From NCBI GenBank assembly GCA_963693365.1, contig CAVNZM010000005.1, positions 5,959,167-6,023,166 of the forward strand: DNA of 64,000 nucleotides, in the 5' to 3' direction. Made by a program: the position numbers and the translations under genes. Within the stretch, counting starts at the first letter, position 1; each line of letters starts with the position of its first letter. The notes under the pieces were generated by a model that saw nothing but the letters and a program-made list of their open reading frames with translations, did not search any database and was not told the DNA's origin. Positions 21,883-51,348 of this stretch are shown here, piece after piece. Source of the DNA: Amoebidium appalachense (taxonomy: Eukaryota; Protista; Ichthyosporea).

Positions 21883-24257
21883 GGCAAGTGTATGCTATCG
21901 TAGTTTTGTGTGTGAAAAAGTGCAGGAAAAGGTGCACATGTGGTAGTTCTTTTTGGTCTCTACAGAAATGTGTAAATTTGTTAAAGGCAGAACTGGGAGT
22001 GCTCGAGGGAATGCTAATCTTGGGTTTGTTGGACCTATCCCAGGCGTGATGATAATTATAATTACAATTAATTAGCGTTTTGGGGTTGGAAAGTTGAAAC
22101 CCGGTACTTGCTATTCTCCATTGAAATGATGTGCACAAATGTGTAATGTGAACAGGCCCTCCAAAAACATGCGAAAGAGAACTGATAGATAAATCTCAAG
22201 TCTCGAGTCCCAGTGGGTCTGTGAGTGACAATTAAACTCAGTACCGTGTTTGCTTTCTTAAGCTTCCTTTCACTTCTCAGGGAACCTGGATGCAAAGATG
22301 TTTCAGCTTTTCACAGTTGAAAACTTGATAAAAATGACCGTTTTAGACAAAGTGGCATGAGATTTATGTGAGGGGGTGAAGTGACGTTTGGCGGTCTTTC
22401 CTCTTTGACGGTTGCGTTTTGGAAATGGCGGGCTGAATACGTCATGCCGGCAACTGCGAGGCTCACTGTGCCGGCACGGTAACATAGCTACGTGACACTG
22501 TACGAATCAAAAGGTTGTTGCTAATGATAAAGGCACTGGGCGTTGATAGTGTTATGCATCGCTATCGGTGGCACTTGGGTACTAAAGATGCCGCACATGA
22601 AGACAAAGTATAAGCTGAGTTTCCTACATGCGTGTTTGGGTAATTCAACGTATATTGTAACTAAATAATTTCAGCTTTTATCCCTGCCTAATATATACTA
22701 TCCTAAGTATCCTTATGATGCGTTCCGAGCCAATCAAGGTATGTACGGCCACTGAACTGCCAAATGCTTTGGTTGGCTAGCCGCGCGTGACGCATGTGTA
22801 CGTATGTGCGTACATCCCATGCTAGTGATTCACATGGGTCTTTTCTGAGTGTTTGAGCCTGGTTTTACTTATGCACCATAAAAGCATCAAAATATTGATA
22901 TTAATATGCATTATAAACATTCTTTCATGATCTTGGAGCCGAGTTGTGGTGCTGGCAGTTCTGAACTTCATGGGGAATGCATTGGCAACCGCGCACAAAT
23001 ATTTGCCGGCACATCATGCGGCAGCCGGCGAATTCATTAGACATAAATGGCTATTGCTTTCGTGAGCCAATCAGTGTATTCTTGTTTGAGCCACTGTCAC
23101 CGCTACATAAGGGAGGCTCATCATCGTGTCACTGCGTAATACCGTATACAAAATATAATATTGTTTCGTTTCATAACTATACTAATCTATATTAAATATT
23201 ATCATTGAAGAATGCTGTTCAGCCTACTTATCTCGAATTCATATTTTTATGGATGAAACAACTCTATCAAAAAGGTTCCACTGTAGCCAGGCTACGAATT
23301 TACACTGCTCTGATCCCTGTGCCGGCCGGCAGAGTTCCGCCAATCAGCTCGCGGTGCGTGAAAATCGTTTGCGTTCACTCACGCTTTTTTCCCACCGGGG
23401 ACCAACCGTTCTTCTTCCCGCCCATATGGTTTGTGTCTTCGTTGGCGGGCAAGGGCTTGCGGTTGAGAGGCCAACAGTCTTTTTGTTCTTCCCGCCGAAA
23501 CCTGCAACTCGGGCTAATTTTAGGAATAATGCTAGTGATGCTGCAATGCGCAAATATCCGGGCTCCGTCAACCACCGACGCCCGGGAGAATCTCATCAAC
23601 AGAAGGGAAAAGCCTTAGGAAACGCGTCTACATCATGTTTTCATGTATATACTGTGTGCGTATGATTTAGCTACAGCCAAGTCAGCTGTATCATACGAGT
23701 GTGCCGGCCGGCCGGTGGGGCCACAGCTACAGCAACCGCCCAGCCGACCAACACAGTGGGCCGTTTCACGAACACGAGCCTTGGGTGCGCCCGGGGTCTC
23801 AAACCATCCGGCCGGCAACATGTGCAGGTCACGCAGATACCTCGAGCCAGCTTGAGTGCACATCGAGCACCCAGGCTCATGGGAAAGCCGGTGTGCTCGC
23901 CGGAGAGTGATGACTAACCGTTATTATAGCCTGTATTGGTATTCAGAAAAGTAAAAAATGTAACCGCACTGTGACCAAATGATGCTATTATTGTAGTATT
24001 ATATTAGCTGGGTGACGCCCCTCAGCTTGCAGCATGTCACTGAGGTGTAGCAAATAGCGGCATTTGAGGGATGTACATAGGACCCACGGTAATATAATGC
24101 AAACGTTCATTAAAAAAGTCACTAAAAATAGAAACCTAAAAATAAACTGTAACTAATCAAAAATAAAAGAGTTTGTACACTTGTACATTGACTCATCGAT
24201 CAACGGCTACTTCCACGGCTCCGACTCGGGCCGGAAACATGTGTCACTCTGACATAT

Positions 24258-24351
<94 letters not shown>

Positions 24352-24619
24352 GAGAGAGAGAAGAGAGAAAGAGAGGGAGGGAGGGAGGGATGGAGGCCTG
24401 GGGAGGGACGGAGGTAGGGGGAGTGAGGGGGGGGGAGGGAAGGAGGAAGGGAGCGAAGAGGGGAGGAGGAAGGGAGTTTGTGGGGGGGGGGGGGGGGGAG
24501 GAATCAAGAGGGAGAGAGGGAGGGAGGGAGGGAGGGAGGGAGGGAGGGAGGGAGGGAGGGAGGGCGTGAGGGAGGGAGGGAGGGAGGGAGAGAGAGAGGG
24601 AGGGGAGGGGGGGGGGGGG

Positions 24620-24709
<90 letters not shown>

Positions 24710-24808
24710 AGCGAGAGGGGTGGGCGAGCGGGGGAGAGCCTCGTGACTCTCACTCGGAAGAGAGACAGAGAGAGGGGGGACGGGGGGGAGGGAGGGAGGG
24801 AGAGAGCT

Positions 24809-24844
<36 letters not shown>

Positions 24845-24883
24845 GACGGGCAGAGAATCGGAGACGGGGGGAGAGGGGGGGGG

Positions 24884-24916
<33 letters not shown>

Positions 24917-25146
24917 GGAGAGCCTCGAAAGAGATGGATTGAGAGACAGAGGGGCAGGGAGACAGAGAGAGAAAGGAAAGGGGGCTTAAGGGATGGAGGG
25001 TGTGAGAAAGAGAGGCCGGGAAAGCGAGCGTGTGTGCGTGTGTCACTGAATCCGGAGTGAGTGACAGTGTGTGTGTCACGGTGTGTGTGTGTGTGGGAAT
25101 GTGCGCGCGCGCACGCGCGCATGCGTGTGTGTATGTGTGTGTGTGT

Positions 25147-25221
<75 letters not shown>

Positions 25222-25344
25222 ACTGAATTGATGTACATGTGTGTATGTGTGTGTCTGTGTCAGATCTGTGCATGTGAATGTCGGTGTGTGTGTGTGGATT
25301 CGAGAGGGAGGGGGGAGGATGAGAAAGAGGGGGGAGGGGGGGGG

Positions 25345-25390
<46 letters not shown>

Positions 25391-25485
25391 GGGGAGCAGT
25401 TCCTAGTATGTCACTTAATAATGATATCAGGATAATAAAGTTTGGGCTGGCTGATATCTCCTCCTTTCCCACCTCCACCGGCCGA

Positions 25486-25544
<59 letters not shown>

Positions 25545-25975
25545 AAAAAAACCCCAGAGAATAGATTGGATCTTGTCGTTCTGCTCTTACAAAAGATTTC
25601 TGTTAAAAGCAGAATATAAATCTGCTACATGCGCTAAGAGGAAATTTCAGCGTAAAGTAAAATGACTCTGCTTTGTAACGAATTTATTTTGCTGCTCATT
25701 GCTGCCATGATAAATAATTGGTTCTGGGACATTACTATTTCTTCCGGAGAAATCATGCTGCTTTATGCAGAGGGCTGACGTTGAATGCCAAGGAAAATCA
25801 CCTAGACACCTCCGTCGGTGGATGATTCAGCTAAGTTGAAAGCTAAATTATTTTTTTCCTACCGAAATGAAGCAGCTCCCAGCAAATTTATTCTGCTATT
25901 CAGTGTTGAAGCCTCAAGAACAGACAGACACACCCATGGTATATGCACTCATACACACACACAGCCCCCGGCCCC

Positions 25976-26009
<34 letters not shown>

Positions 26010-26598
26010 CCCCCCGCCGGACACCACTGTAAGATGGTAGGCTATACGGGACTATCACACACGAGTGAAGGTGTCCTTATATGATCCGTGCAGTCTGTGC
26101 CAAAACGAGGATCTGCCAGAAACGGAGCAGTGCGTCAGGTCATACATATCCCGCATCCGACTTAAGTATGTGGCATGGCGCTGCCAGTCACACAGTGATC
26201 GGGCCGGAGGTGTACAGTCCTGCTACCTTAGGAGGTAGCTCAGCTTATTTTTCAAGGTTGGCAAAACTTTTCTTCCGAAGCAACTGATCACGCGCCAACT
26301 CATACCGTTGAAAAATAGAGTATAGGTGATCATACGGCGGCTGACGCCACAGTTGCACTTGGCAGTGTACCGTCCGTTCCACATTAATTCCTGGCTGCCA
26401 CCACGTGTATGCACACGTGCACGCACTTGCACACATGCACGAGATCGCGCAGGCACGCCTGTACACACCTATAAACACGCACAAAGCACAACAATCACAG
26501 TGCCGCATAAGAAACACACACAGTAGCGTATAGCCTTGCACACACACAAAGCACAACCATGCTGCACACGTGCACACACACATGCCGATACATCTCTC

Positions 26599-26639
<41 letters not shown>

Positions 26640-26658
26640 TCTCTCTCTCTCTCTCTCT

Positions 26659-26707
<49 letters not shown>

Positions 26708-27456
26708 ACACACACACACAGACCCTCTCTCTCTCTCTCGACTTTCTCTCTCTCTCTCTCCCTCCTCCTCTCACTCTTATCTCTCTTTCTCTCTCTCCCT
26801 CTGTGTGTATGTGTGTATGTGATATGGCATGCACCGTGACTAATACACGCTCGAATGACCCCCCTCCCCCCCCCCCGAGTGCCCTACCACATGTTCCTTG
26901 CTCGTAAATATCTTGTTATTGAGTACCAGAAATTTGCCGAATTTAAACTCAGGAATGAATGGATTTCAACGCCACACTTCGAATTTATTTGTGTATTAGC
27001 GCTAAATGATTTATTTTCTCCCATTTTGGCCCCGGGTCCGGATCCGGAACCGAGGGGTCCCTTAAAGGAACCCAGTCTTTCACTAAGCACCGACTGTACC
27101 CTAGGCCCGGTACTAGGGTGTTAGTAGTGTGACTAGCTAAGCCAATAAACCTTTACCAATCCTAACTACTGGTTGCAAAATGACACATCCCCTGAGGGCA
27201 TTTGAATCTTATGTCTGCTTTGCTAGTGAGTCAAACCAGGAGCTCCCCTCCACTAAACCTGTTCGAATAAAATTTAACATGGGCTTTCATTGGTTCAACG
27301 TTGCAACTACGTTGCTAAAAGTGGATGATGTGCAAGGCAGTGTGGCAAACTGCTGCCAGATCTCAATTGTGGTGGTGTTTACGGCGGGCACACATATGCA
27401 TCCGGATATCTATTGCTGAAATTCGGACACAGATCAAATTTCAGTGACTTCAAGTG

Positions 27457-27493
<37 letters not shown>

Positions 27494-28019
27494 CACACAC
27501 ACACACACACAAACACACACATACACCGCGACACATGCACCTACACACACACAAGAAAAAAGGGGAAAGAAAGAAAGAAAGAAAGAAAGGAACTCTGAGA
27601 AAGAAAGAAAGAAAAACAAAAGAAGAAGAAGAAGAAGAAGGAGATAGAGACCCTCAGCCTCAGGCTCAGAGGGCTAAAATAAATCATGTATCTCACCATA
27701 TGTACATGTTGTACGATCACCAACGGCAACTTCAACGACTCAAATTTTATCCTTTTGGACCCCCCCCGGAGGGGTCACCCGCAAGTTGCTTATATTTATA
27801 TATATATAGTATATTCGTATCATGATATTCGTATATATCTGTATATTTACCGGTTGCGGGTGACCCCTCCCGGCCAGACTTATGATCAGCCGCGTCCGAG
27901 AAATAATTCAGGTCTTCATGAGAATTATCGCCGAGCACGTTGAACAGGCACTCAGGCGGTTGCTTTTTAAAATGATGAACCTGGTGGCACTATGTAACTA
28001 TAGTATGAGCGGCTCTGAA

Positions 28020-28059
<40 letters not shown>

Positions 28060-28125
28060 TGTGTGTGCACGTGTCACCGTGGTGTGCGTGTGGGTGTGTG
28101 TGTGTTAAATGGGGGGGTGGGGGGT

Positions 28126-28178
<53 letters not shown>

Positions 28179-28367
28179 CGGATCTTGGAGGGGTTAGAGG
28201 GGGGATGGGGAGGGGGTGTATGGACCCAATCTACGCTGACCACGTGCACACACACGGAACACTTGCATGAATGCGCGCCGACACACGCTGAAGCCCCAAC
28301 CACAACAGCAATATAAACTTGCCGCGAGCACTGATGATTCGAAGTTCTGCAAATTTAACGAGGATGA

Positions 28368-28821
28368 AACCATGGAATTTCGGTGACCGGTCTTTGGGCC
28401 AAATTCATATGAAAAACAGGGTTACATCGAGAGTCTCGGAAAAGGTAGCCGAATTATGCGCTAGAGCCAAAATATTTGCATGGTGAATATGTAAATAGTG
28501 TTTTTTCCAAACGTTCAGTACAGAAAAATTATAACTCAATTGGCTCGGCGTCAGTGACCGACAAACCAACTGCACCAAATCTAGTACGCTTTCATAGTAC
28601 TAAAACGTACCAGATTTGGTGCAGTTGGTTTTTTTGTCGCCAACGCTGAATCAATTGAGTTATAATTCTTCTGTACTGAACGTTTGAAGAAAACACTATT
28701 TACATAATTACCATGCAAAAATTTTGGCTCTAGCACATATCTCGGCTACCTTTTCACTCTCGATGTAACCCTGTTTTCATATGAAGTTGGCCTGGAGACC
28801 GATCACCGAATTTCCGTGGTT
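28368..28821. mobile_element. Long imperfect palindrome (foldback/MITE-like), arms ~220 bp
   Basis: aaccatggaatttcggtgaccggtct...accaactgcaccaaatctagtacg is the reverse complement of cgtaccagatttggtgcagttggt...agaccgatcaccgaatttccgtggtt, with a short central loop near 28590-28605. No coding capacity and no clear TSD. Confidence 0.8.
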
Positions 28822-29197
28822 CCAGCTACCTTAAAAAGCAGAGCAGAAATACTAACTACTGGTCTGCCGATGTGGTTCAACTTGGGCCCTGCACAAAGAC
28901 ACACCACACCGATACATGCATACATAACTACACACACACACATACATACAGCACCTATACACACCCACTTCATCCACAACTTGGGCCCGTACACACAGCA
29001 TTATCAAACATATTCCATTAGAGGAGGCATATATAGGCATCTTTAACACCTGAAGGTTATGATTATGCATAACCCGTACACGTTCACACAGTGCCACGAG
29101 CTGTGTGATATTCAGCCACTCAGATCATTCGCAATATTCCACCATTAGCCACAAGTGGCAACACTAAAATTTTATGCAATAGTCTGGACAGACGTAC

Positions 29198-29239
<42 letters not shown>

Positions 29240-29268
29240 ACACACACACACGGACACCCACACACCCA

Positions 29269-29301
<33 letters not shown>

Positions 29302-29462
29302 AACAACACCGACATACACACACCAACAACGGCTGGTGAGCTTGCTAAATGTAGTTCGTGCAGTATTGGGCCACACAGGAAGCTATTCTATATTCATGAT
29401 AAATCGAGCTCCATTACATTTTAACCTTTACAATTATATTCCCTAATGGGTTAGAATATACG

Positions 29463-34024
<4,562 letters not shown>

Positions 34025-34459
34025 GTCAATTTGCCCCAGACTCCCAATTGACCCAAGACATTTAATAACCGAGGTCGTTCAAACAGCGGGGATTGAAATC
34101 ATGGACGAATTTCCGGGAAAAACCCTCAGAACCAACCCGTCCTCTCTACTACCCCCCCACCATATGCTCAAGAACACCCATGAAATTTCATTTCAGAAGA
34201 TCCCTTCCCCCCTCCCCCCACCCCCTCTCATCTCCCCTCCCCCCCCCTCCCTCGGCTGTTTCAATTACTGCCCTTGCCTAAAAGCAAGACCAATTTCTTT
34301 TACCTGTGTCCGCATCCCCCCCCCCCCCCCCCCCCCCCTCTCCCCCCCGGCCGGTCGATTCCCTCTTCATACACGACCTGCATCCATTTCCCTCAAAAAC
34401 AAAAGAAAACAAACAACAATAACGACAAATACACGCACACGCACACACGCGCGCGCGCG

Positions 34460-34549
<90 letters not shown>

Positions 34550-34893
34550 ACACACACTTTTCCCACACCACCACCACCAAAAAACAACCCCCCAATCCCC
34601 ACTCCCCAAAAAAGGGGGGGAAAAGAAACGAAAAAGGAAAACACCCCATCATTCACCCCTCCTGATTTCAACCCTAGTTGCAAGCGACAATGACTGCCCA
34701 CGCTCAGTCCTTGAACTAAAAAGGGGAAGGGGGGGGGGGGAATGTATTGCAAGAAACCGGACTACTTTCCTGCACAACGCACCCCGCAACACAAACAAAC
34801 ACAAACGCAAACACAAACACGCACACGCACCCCCTCCCCCCTTTTCAATCAAAATATCTCTTGCTTGCCCATCCTAAATATGCCTACAAGCCT

Positions 34894-34933
<40 letters not shown>

Positions 34934-36120
34934 CCCCCCCACCACCACCCCTCCCCCTCTTCCCCCGCTCCCCTGGGTATCGAAAAAAACAGGCGGGTAC
35001 ATCTGCAATGTTCAGATCTGTCCAATCTGTAGCAGTGCGAAAGCTTCCTGTCACCTGAGCAACCATAAGTGTGTCAGTCTGAAAGGCTACTTACTCCATG
35101 GTGGCGGAAGAGAAAGCACTCGACGGTAATTTTACTGCAAGAACTTCAGGATCTAGTCTCCCAAGCTGTGTTTCGTCGCAGCTCTGTGATGCCTGTGGCG
35201 CTGAACCGTTAAATAGGGAAACTTTTTGCTGAAATTGTAAGGTAGACTGTTTGCGCGATTGGCTTCGATTTCCTTGTTTTTTGGGAGGGTTTGTGTTCCA
35301 AAATACCCAAAATGCAAGTGAACGGGTTGTCACTCCGCCTGTATAACTACGGTATAATAATTTTGCTGCTACGATAAGGGTTGTACCGGAAGCCACACAA
35401 AGCTTTAATATACTGCGGAGAGAAAGTGTACAGACGTGACCAACTCTCCCATCAGTATGGTGAACATGAATCTAACTAAATGCGAGCGAAGGAGTGCAGA
35501 AACGAGCAGGACAATAAGCTCCGAACTCTAACACTGCGTTTCCAAATGCTTTTTCTTAACACGGTTATCTTTGAATCAGTTGGAATTGGAAATTCAAGGG
35601 TGGGAAAGAAATCCTTTCGCCGTGTTAGGTGTGTCTGGGCCGGGAAAGGGCGCGAATTAACCGCTACAAAGCGAATCGAGCCAGAAAACTACGAGTCAAA
35701 CACGACTCTTCCATTTCTATGACTCGAATCGAAATTCTGACCCGACCCACTGCCAAGCTAACACTCTATTTATAGAAACTTGAAATATAAACCAGATTTA
35801 TTTATAGATTTATTTGCTTGCGCAAACAGGCCTATCTCATCCGATCACTGAATACATTCCTTCCAGATCCCTCCTGCATCTACGCATGCAAAGTTTTGTG
35901 CCCCGTTTTGTGCGACGGAAAGCCATGGAAAAAACGAAAAAAAACATGCAGCTCTGAGCTCTCCCACCGCGTGTACCTACATAACCCCTTTCCTCCCATT
36001 TCCCCTTTCAGTTTTCTTCGTAGCGCCTAAAAGTACGTGCTAGTTTTTTTCGTCTACATCAAGTCATCCCTCTTGCTGGTAAAAGAGGTAAACTTGAAAC
36101 GACCAGAAACAAACATCATC

Positions 36121-46337
<10,217 letters not shown>

Positions 46338-47780
46338 ATCCCATCTTCCCCCTCCCCCCCTTTTTTTTCCCCCTATCACCGTCTTCCCCTCCCATTCTCA
46401 TACACACGGACTCACAGGCGCACGTGAACGATGTACACACCTCTTACCGAGCACATGCACTCGGCCTCTGTGGCCTTGTTGTGTTAGCGCATGCTGGTAG
46501 CTCAGAATTAGGCAAGCACACCACACGCACTCACACGTAACCAGGTATGGTGCGCTACAGAGAATTTTCTGGAATCAAAAGCTTGGTTTTCTCTATTCAC
46601 ACCAACTAATTGGTGTGCGTGTGTGTGGGTGGGTGGGTGGTGGTGGTGGTGGTGGTGGTGGTGGTGGTGGTGGTGGTGGGGGGGGGGGGGGGGGGGGGGG
46701 GGGGAGAGGGGGGGGGGTATTTTTATACTTTTTAGTGAAATTGTGAATTAGGAGTTGAAGGCGTGTTTTGAGATGGCCTCTTTGGTGTTTTTTTTTTTTT
46801 TTTTTTTTTTTTTTTTGAATTTGTCGTTTGTCGTTTGTCGTTTGTCTTCAGGTGGATACCAGCCGCACGAGAAGACATGTAAAAATTAGCAGTTACGGGA
46901 CCTGGTCCGTTGAAATAGAGAATTGTTGAGTGAAGCAAAAGTAAGGCTGTTAGAGAGATACACAGGCAAAAAAGATTTCTCTTATGTGTATGTTGTTTGT
47001 CAGCAGTTTTCACCGTCACTGGCGGACAAATAATTGTTGATTTAGACACTGTGGCCCTCTTGCCATGTGGATTGTGGCGCGGGTTGAATGCCATTGAAGA
47101 TCCTTGCAATGAGCCAACCCCCCCCCCCCCCCCCCCCCTCCCCCCCTCCCGGCCACACACACACACACACACACACACGCCACCACCACCACGTACCGGG
47201 ATCCCTTTCCTCCTGCCCCCCCCCCCCCCCCCCCCCCCTCCCTCGCTCCCTCCCTCTCTCCCTTCGATCGGGACTCTCCCTCCCTCCTGGTGAAACCACA
47301 CTCGCCTTGAAGCTCTCAAAGTTTGTAAGTTAACCTTCAAGCTCCCCTCTAGCTTTTTCTTACATTGTCCACCAGTCTAATCATGCATGACCCATCAAAC
47401 CATTGCCAGGAGGCTTGGGTGAGCTTCTTGGGTGTGAGCTCTCGAGCTCAACTCTCGCCCTCTCGCTTGTAAGTTTTTTTCTCGTGTCGGGCGCCGACAT
47501 GCCCTCCGGATCCGACTCCGAGTCGGCCCAACTTCTCACTCCTGAGTCATGATCACAAGAAGCCAGAAAACAGCCACCGAGCAGCCACAGCCCCGAACTC
47601 CTGCCTGTCTATTTCCAAATAGTCAGTAATCCAAGCACAAGAAAATATTTAGTAATAAATGACTAATTTAATTGCTTCTCGAGAAGGTTGTTGACATTAT
47701 AATTTCACAAATGAACGCAAATGTCCCGGGGCCGCCAGCTGGCCAGGCTCGCCACCCAAACCAAAACACAAACTTTCACG

Positions 47781-48954
47781 TCTTAGTCACTCACGATCCT
47801 TCTATCATGAATAACGTTCTTTCTTGCGAGCCTCGACTGGTGTTTCCGAAATTTCATGAAAATTGGGATAGATAAATGCGGCACCTTTTCTTCCAATGCA
47901 CAGTACACTCTGAACAATCAACCTATCCCAATCGTGTCCTCCTATGACTATTTGGGTATTCCTTTCACCTCTAAGGGTATCTGGTTTGAGCGCCTTTTGA
48001 CTTCGCGCATTTCTCGTGCGCGTGGTCGCTTACATATCTATCAAGGAATATTCGCAAATATCTCTAATATTCGTCCTGCCAATTTGCTCACTCGTTATAA
48101 AGTTTTTCTTCGTCCATGTTTCGAATATGGCCTCCCGTTACTCTTGTGTGCCCCTTCCACGGCAACAGCGCGCGGCTCTTCGGGAATTCGATTAATCTTT
48201 CAGCGTGAATTCATCCATTTTATTTCTCGAACCTCGCGTATACGTAGGCATCCTTTGGCGGCTCCCTTGCTGAGTGTTTTTGGTCTCCCTCCGGCGCGCC
48301 AGCGTATGAATGAATTAGGACTTCGCTTTTGTTTTCATTTGATTAGGCTTCCTTCTTATCATCCTTTGTTGCAATTCTTTCCGGATCCTTCTTTAGCACC
48401 TGTTCCCGGCATTTCTATCTAATGTTCGTGCGAAATGTCCTATATTGAATCTCTCTCCCATTCCGAGATATCCTTTAAAATACTTATCTCCTTTATTTTT
48501 CTCTTCTACTAGTTATCAGCAGTATGTTACTTGGCTTCATACTCAATATCCTTTGCTTCATCGTTGTGATAAAGAGTATCATGGTAGGGCTCTTAAGCCT
48601 GTGCTTCTTTTTATATTAGAGACTCGTCTATTTTCTATACAATCGTTGTGTAAATTAGCTACTTATATTTATCCTTCCTCACGTAAACTACCACACTCAC
48701 CGATTTTGCAAATCTAAACCCTCCTTGTGATATAGCTTGGAAATGTTTATTTTGGCGCTGTAACCTTTGTTTCCATAAATGTTTGTGCCACTTTTGTGCA
48801 GAACCTTTGTGCAGAATCATACACTTTTTTTTATTAAACGTTATCTCCTCCGTATCCGAGAGTGAGGGCTTTTGTATTTTCTTCTCCGAGATATCGGTGA
48901 TATCTCGATGGCTTCTATTTTGCTGAGCATATCAATAAAGTCATCATAAAAAAA
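47781..48954 (+). mobile_element. 5'-truncated non-LTR retrotransposon (RT domains 6-7 and thumb), poly(A) tail, 11-bp TSD
   Basis: LVTHDPSIMNNVL-SLDWCFRNFMKIGIDKCG...PIVSSYDYLGIPF...RYKVFLRPCFEYG, with frameshifts and stops. AATAAA and an A-tail lie at ~48934-48957. The direct repeat aaactttcacg occurs at 47770-47780 and 48955-48965. Confidence 0.9.
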
Positions 48955-50710
48955 AAACTTTCACGCCCCTGCTGGAAGCTTCATTACTTTGGCACGATTG
49001 GCTTACAACTGTTGAATATTGATTTCCTAATTTAGCGACTATCCAATACACCTGATTGGCAGGCTAATTGTGGAATGTTTTCGAATGCCATACTTTACGG
49101 ACAGGCCACTTATACAATTTCCAAAATCGTTTGTCAGTTATCCAAAGCGAGTCAGTGCAATATTTGTAGCCAAACCACCAGCGTGAGCGTATGCCACCCT
49201 CTTAACAACACTTGGTGCAATATTTATAATTAGGTATAAATATTGGTGTAGATGTAAAGTCAAATGCGTAAGCTAAGTGTGACTATAAGGAATATTATCT
49301 TGCACACAATTGGCAAGAGAAAGAGATAAACAGGAGATCTGTAGATAACCGAGCTAGATGTTCCGAAAAAAATATTCGGATATAGGAGATGTTCGAATTC
49401 GATCGCTGATTGGCTCCTTCAATGTGACCACTGACATGAATGTAACAAATATTTGACGAAATAAAGCTCTCATATTGTGAGCACAGCATTGTAGTCAAAT
49501 CATGTTATCGGTACACGGTTTGATACACACTTTCCTGGCCATGCACCCGGGCGCGGGGCTCATCATTCGATATCGAAATCGATATATGCATATGATATTA
49601 TCTATGGTGCCAGAGTACACATTTTGATTTTATCAGTAGAAACCATATGCTTCGCTCATAATAACCTTATGAACCAAAAACCAGCTAAGAATTGTATTTA
49701 TGAAGCCTGCCAGCGGCAACGTACAACGTAGAGGGAAATTAGAGGACACGTGTATCTGAAGAAGCTTAACTGAATCAGTGAAGTTCACTTCAACACACCA
49801 AAAAATCAGCTTGCTGTTTTGGCGAATTTCTGTTATCCAATCAAATTGCGATTTCGATCCCGAAGTTCCCGAACCCTGTGCAGTACGTTCGTTCAGCAGT
49901 CTGCCTGCATGACGTCATTATTAGCAACCTTAATAGAGCCTCGAAAGCACGCTTCTGTTAGAGCTTTCAAGATATGTTTTGTAGAGTATGCGCTCTGGAC
50001 TAATCCTTTCATTTTGGACGCACCAGTGGCGGCACCACGCACGGTGCAGTTCTTTTCACGTTTCAGTTTCAGCTGCTTTGCATGTGTGAGGGCTAACAGC
50101 TACTGAGCTGTCTCTCTTTTTGCGTCTTACTCAGAGTCCTTTTCAGTCCGCAAACGAGAAGCTCAACGAACGGAAGGCTTTGACTGTAGTTCAACGAGAG
50201 ACAGGTCAGTACCTGTTAGGTGTGAGGGAGCGAGTGTTGTAGTGGCTTGTGTAAGGAATCAGCAATTGGAGAACATTGAAGTTTACTTTTCCCTTGGTTA
50301 TCCTCAGGCTCTCTGGTTCTCTTGTGCTGTTTTGCGCACCCGTTTGTGACAAACTAAACTTGAAAGTTGAAGCTGTACATTTGTTGAGCGTGTTCAAGTT
50401 GCTCTTTCACCACCTTTCACTCCTTTACTCGACATGAGTGACACGTCTTTGACATCCACACCTTCTAACTCTCATGTGTCCCAAAACGCGAACTATGATG
50501 TGTTACATATTACCGTATAGGTGTTAGAAACGCAATTTCGCTTTAGTAAGTGTGACAAAACTTTCGCGAATATTGGCTTGTTACAGTCTACCATTCAACG
50601 TGAAGTGATCAAACTTAATTGGCTTCATGTCTCGAACACCTCTACACACCGCCCGCTTTTTCAGCATCACTAGCTGAAAACGCTCTGATTTCTGGTTGTT
50701 AAAAGGGAAA

Positions 50711-51190
50711 ATGCACTTTCCACTCTCCGGCTGGGGTGGGGGTTCCTTCCAGGTGGAGAACCCGTCAGCACCCGTCCCAAACGCGGCCAATGTCGCAAAC
50801 ACACAGCCTGGCGCCAATGCAGAAACCGGTGCACCAATGAGCCAACCCGGCGTTGCTGCAGTTCATCCCCCAAAATTGCTAACTTCGGTTATGAATTTGA
50901 GTAACGGTGTTTTAAGGACGGAGACCGGAAGGATGTATCTACCCATCCGCTGGCGGTCAAAACTGTCTCTGTGCCCCAAAAAGCCGAGGAGGAGGAGGAC
51001 CTATGCAGAGCTGAACAGGGATTTTGTGTGCGCATACAATAGATGTACAAGGAAGTACGCTACACTGCATTCTCTGAACCAGGTGAGAGTTTTTTTGTGT
51101 GCTGGATGATAAAGAGGCGGGCTTTCCTGGGGTGTTTTTCTTTTTCTTAGCACTTTTTTCTGGCTATACACCGTGTGTGTGCATCCGAGG

Positions 51191-51261
<71 letters not shown>

Positions 51262-51312
51262 GCAGCAGTGCTTGTTTGGCTGCTGCTCTATGGCCACATA
51301 GACAAGACACCT

Positions 51313-51348
<36 letters not shown>

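Noticed and set aside
22950-27990. Repeat-poor islands with short ORFs (e.g. 23249-23665, 26081-26287, 27640-27990)
   Set aside because: They may be exons of unknown genes, but no homology or phase-consistent model was found.
46732-47340. Minus-strand ORF with one hydrophobic segment
   Set aside because: No recognisable domain, and little room for downstream exons before the CPOX 3' end.
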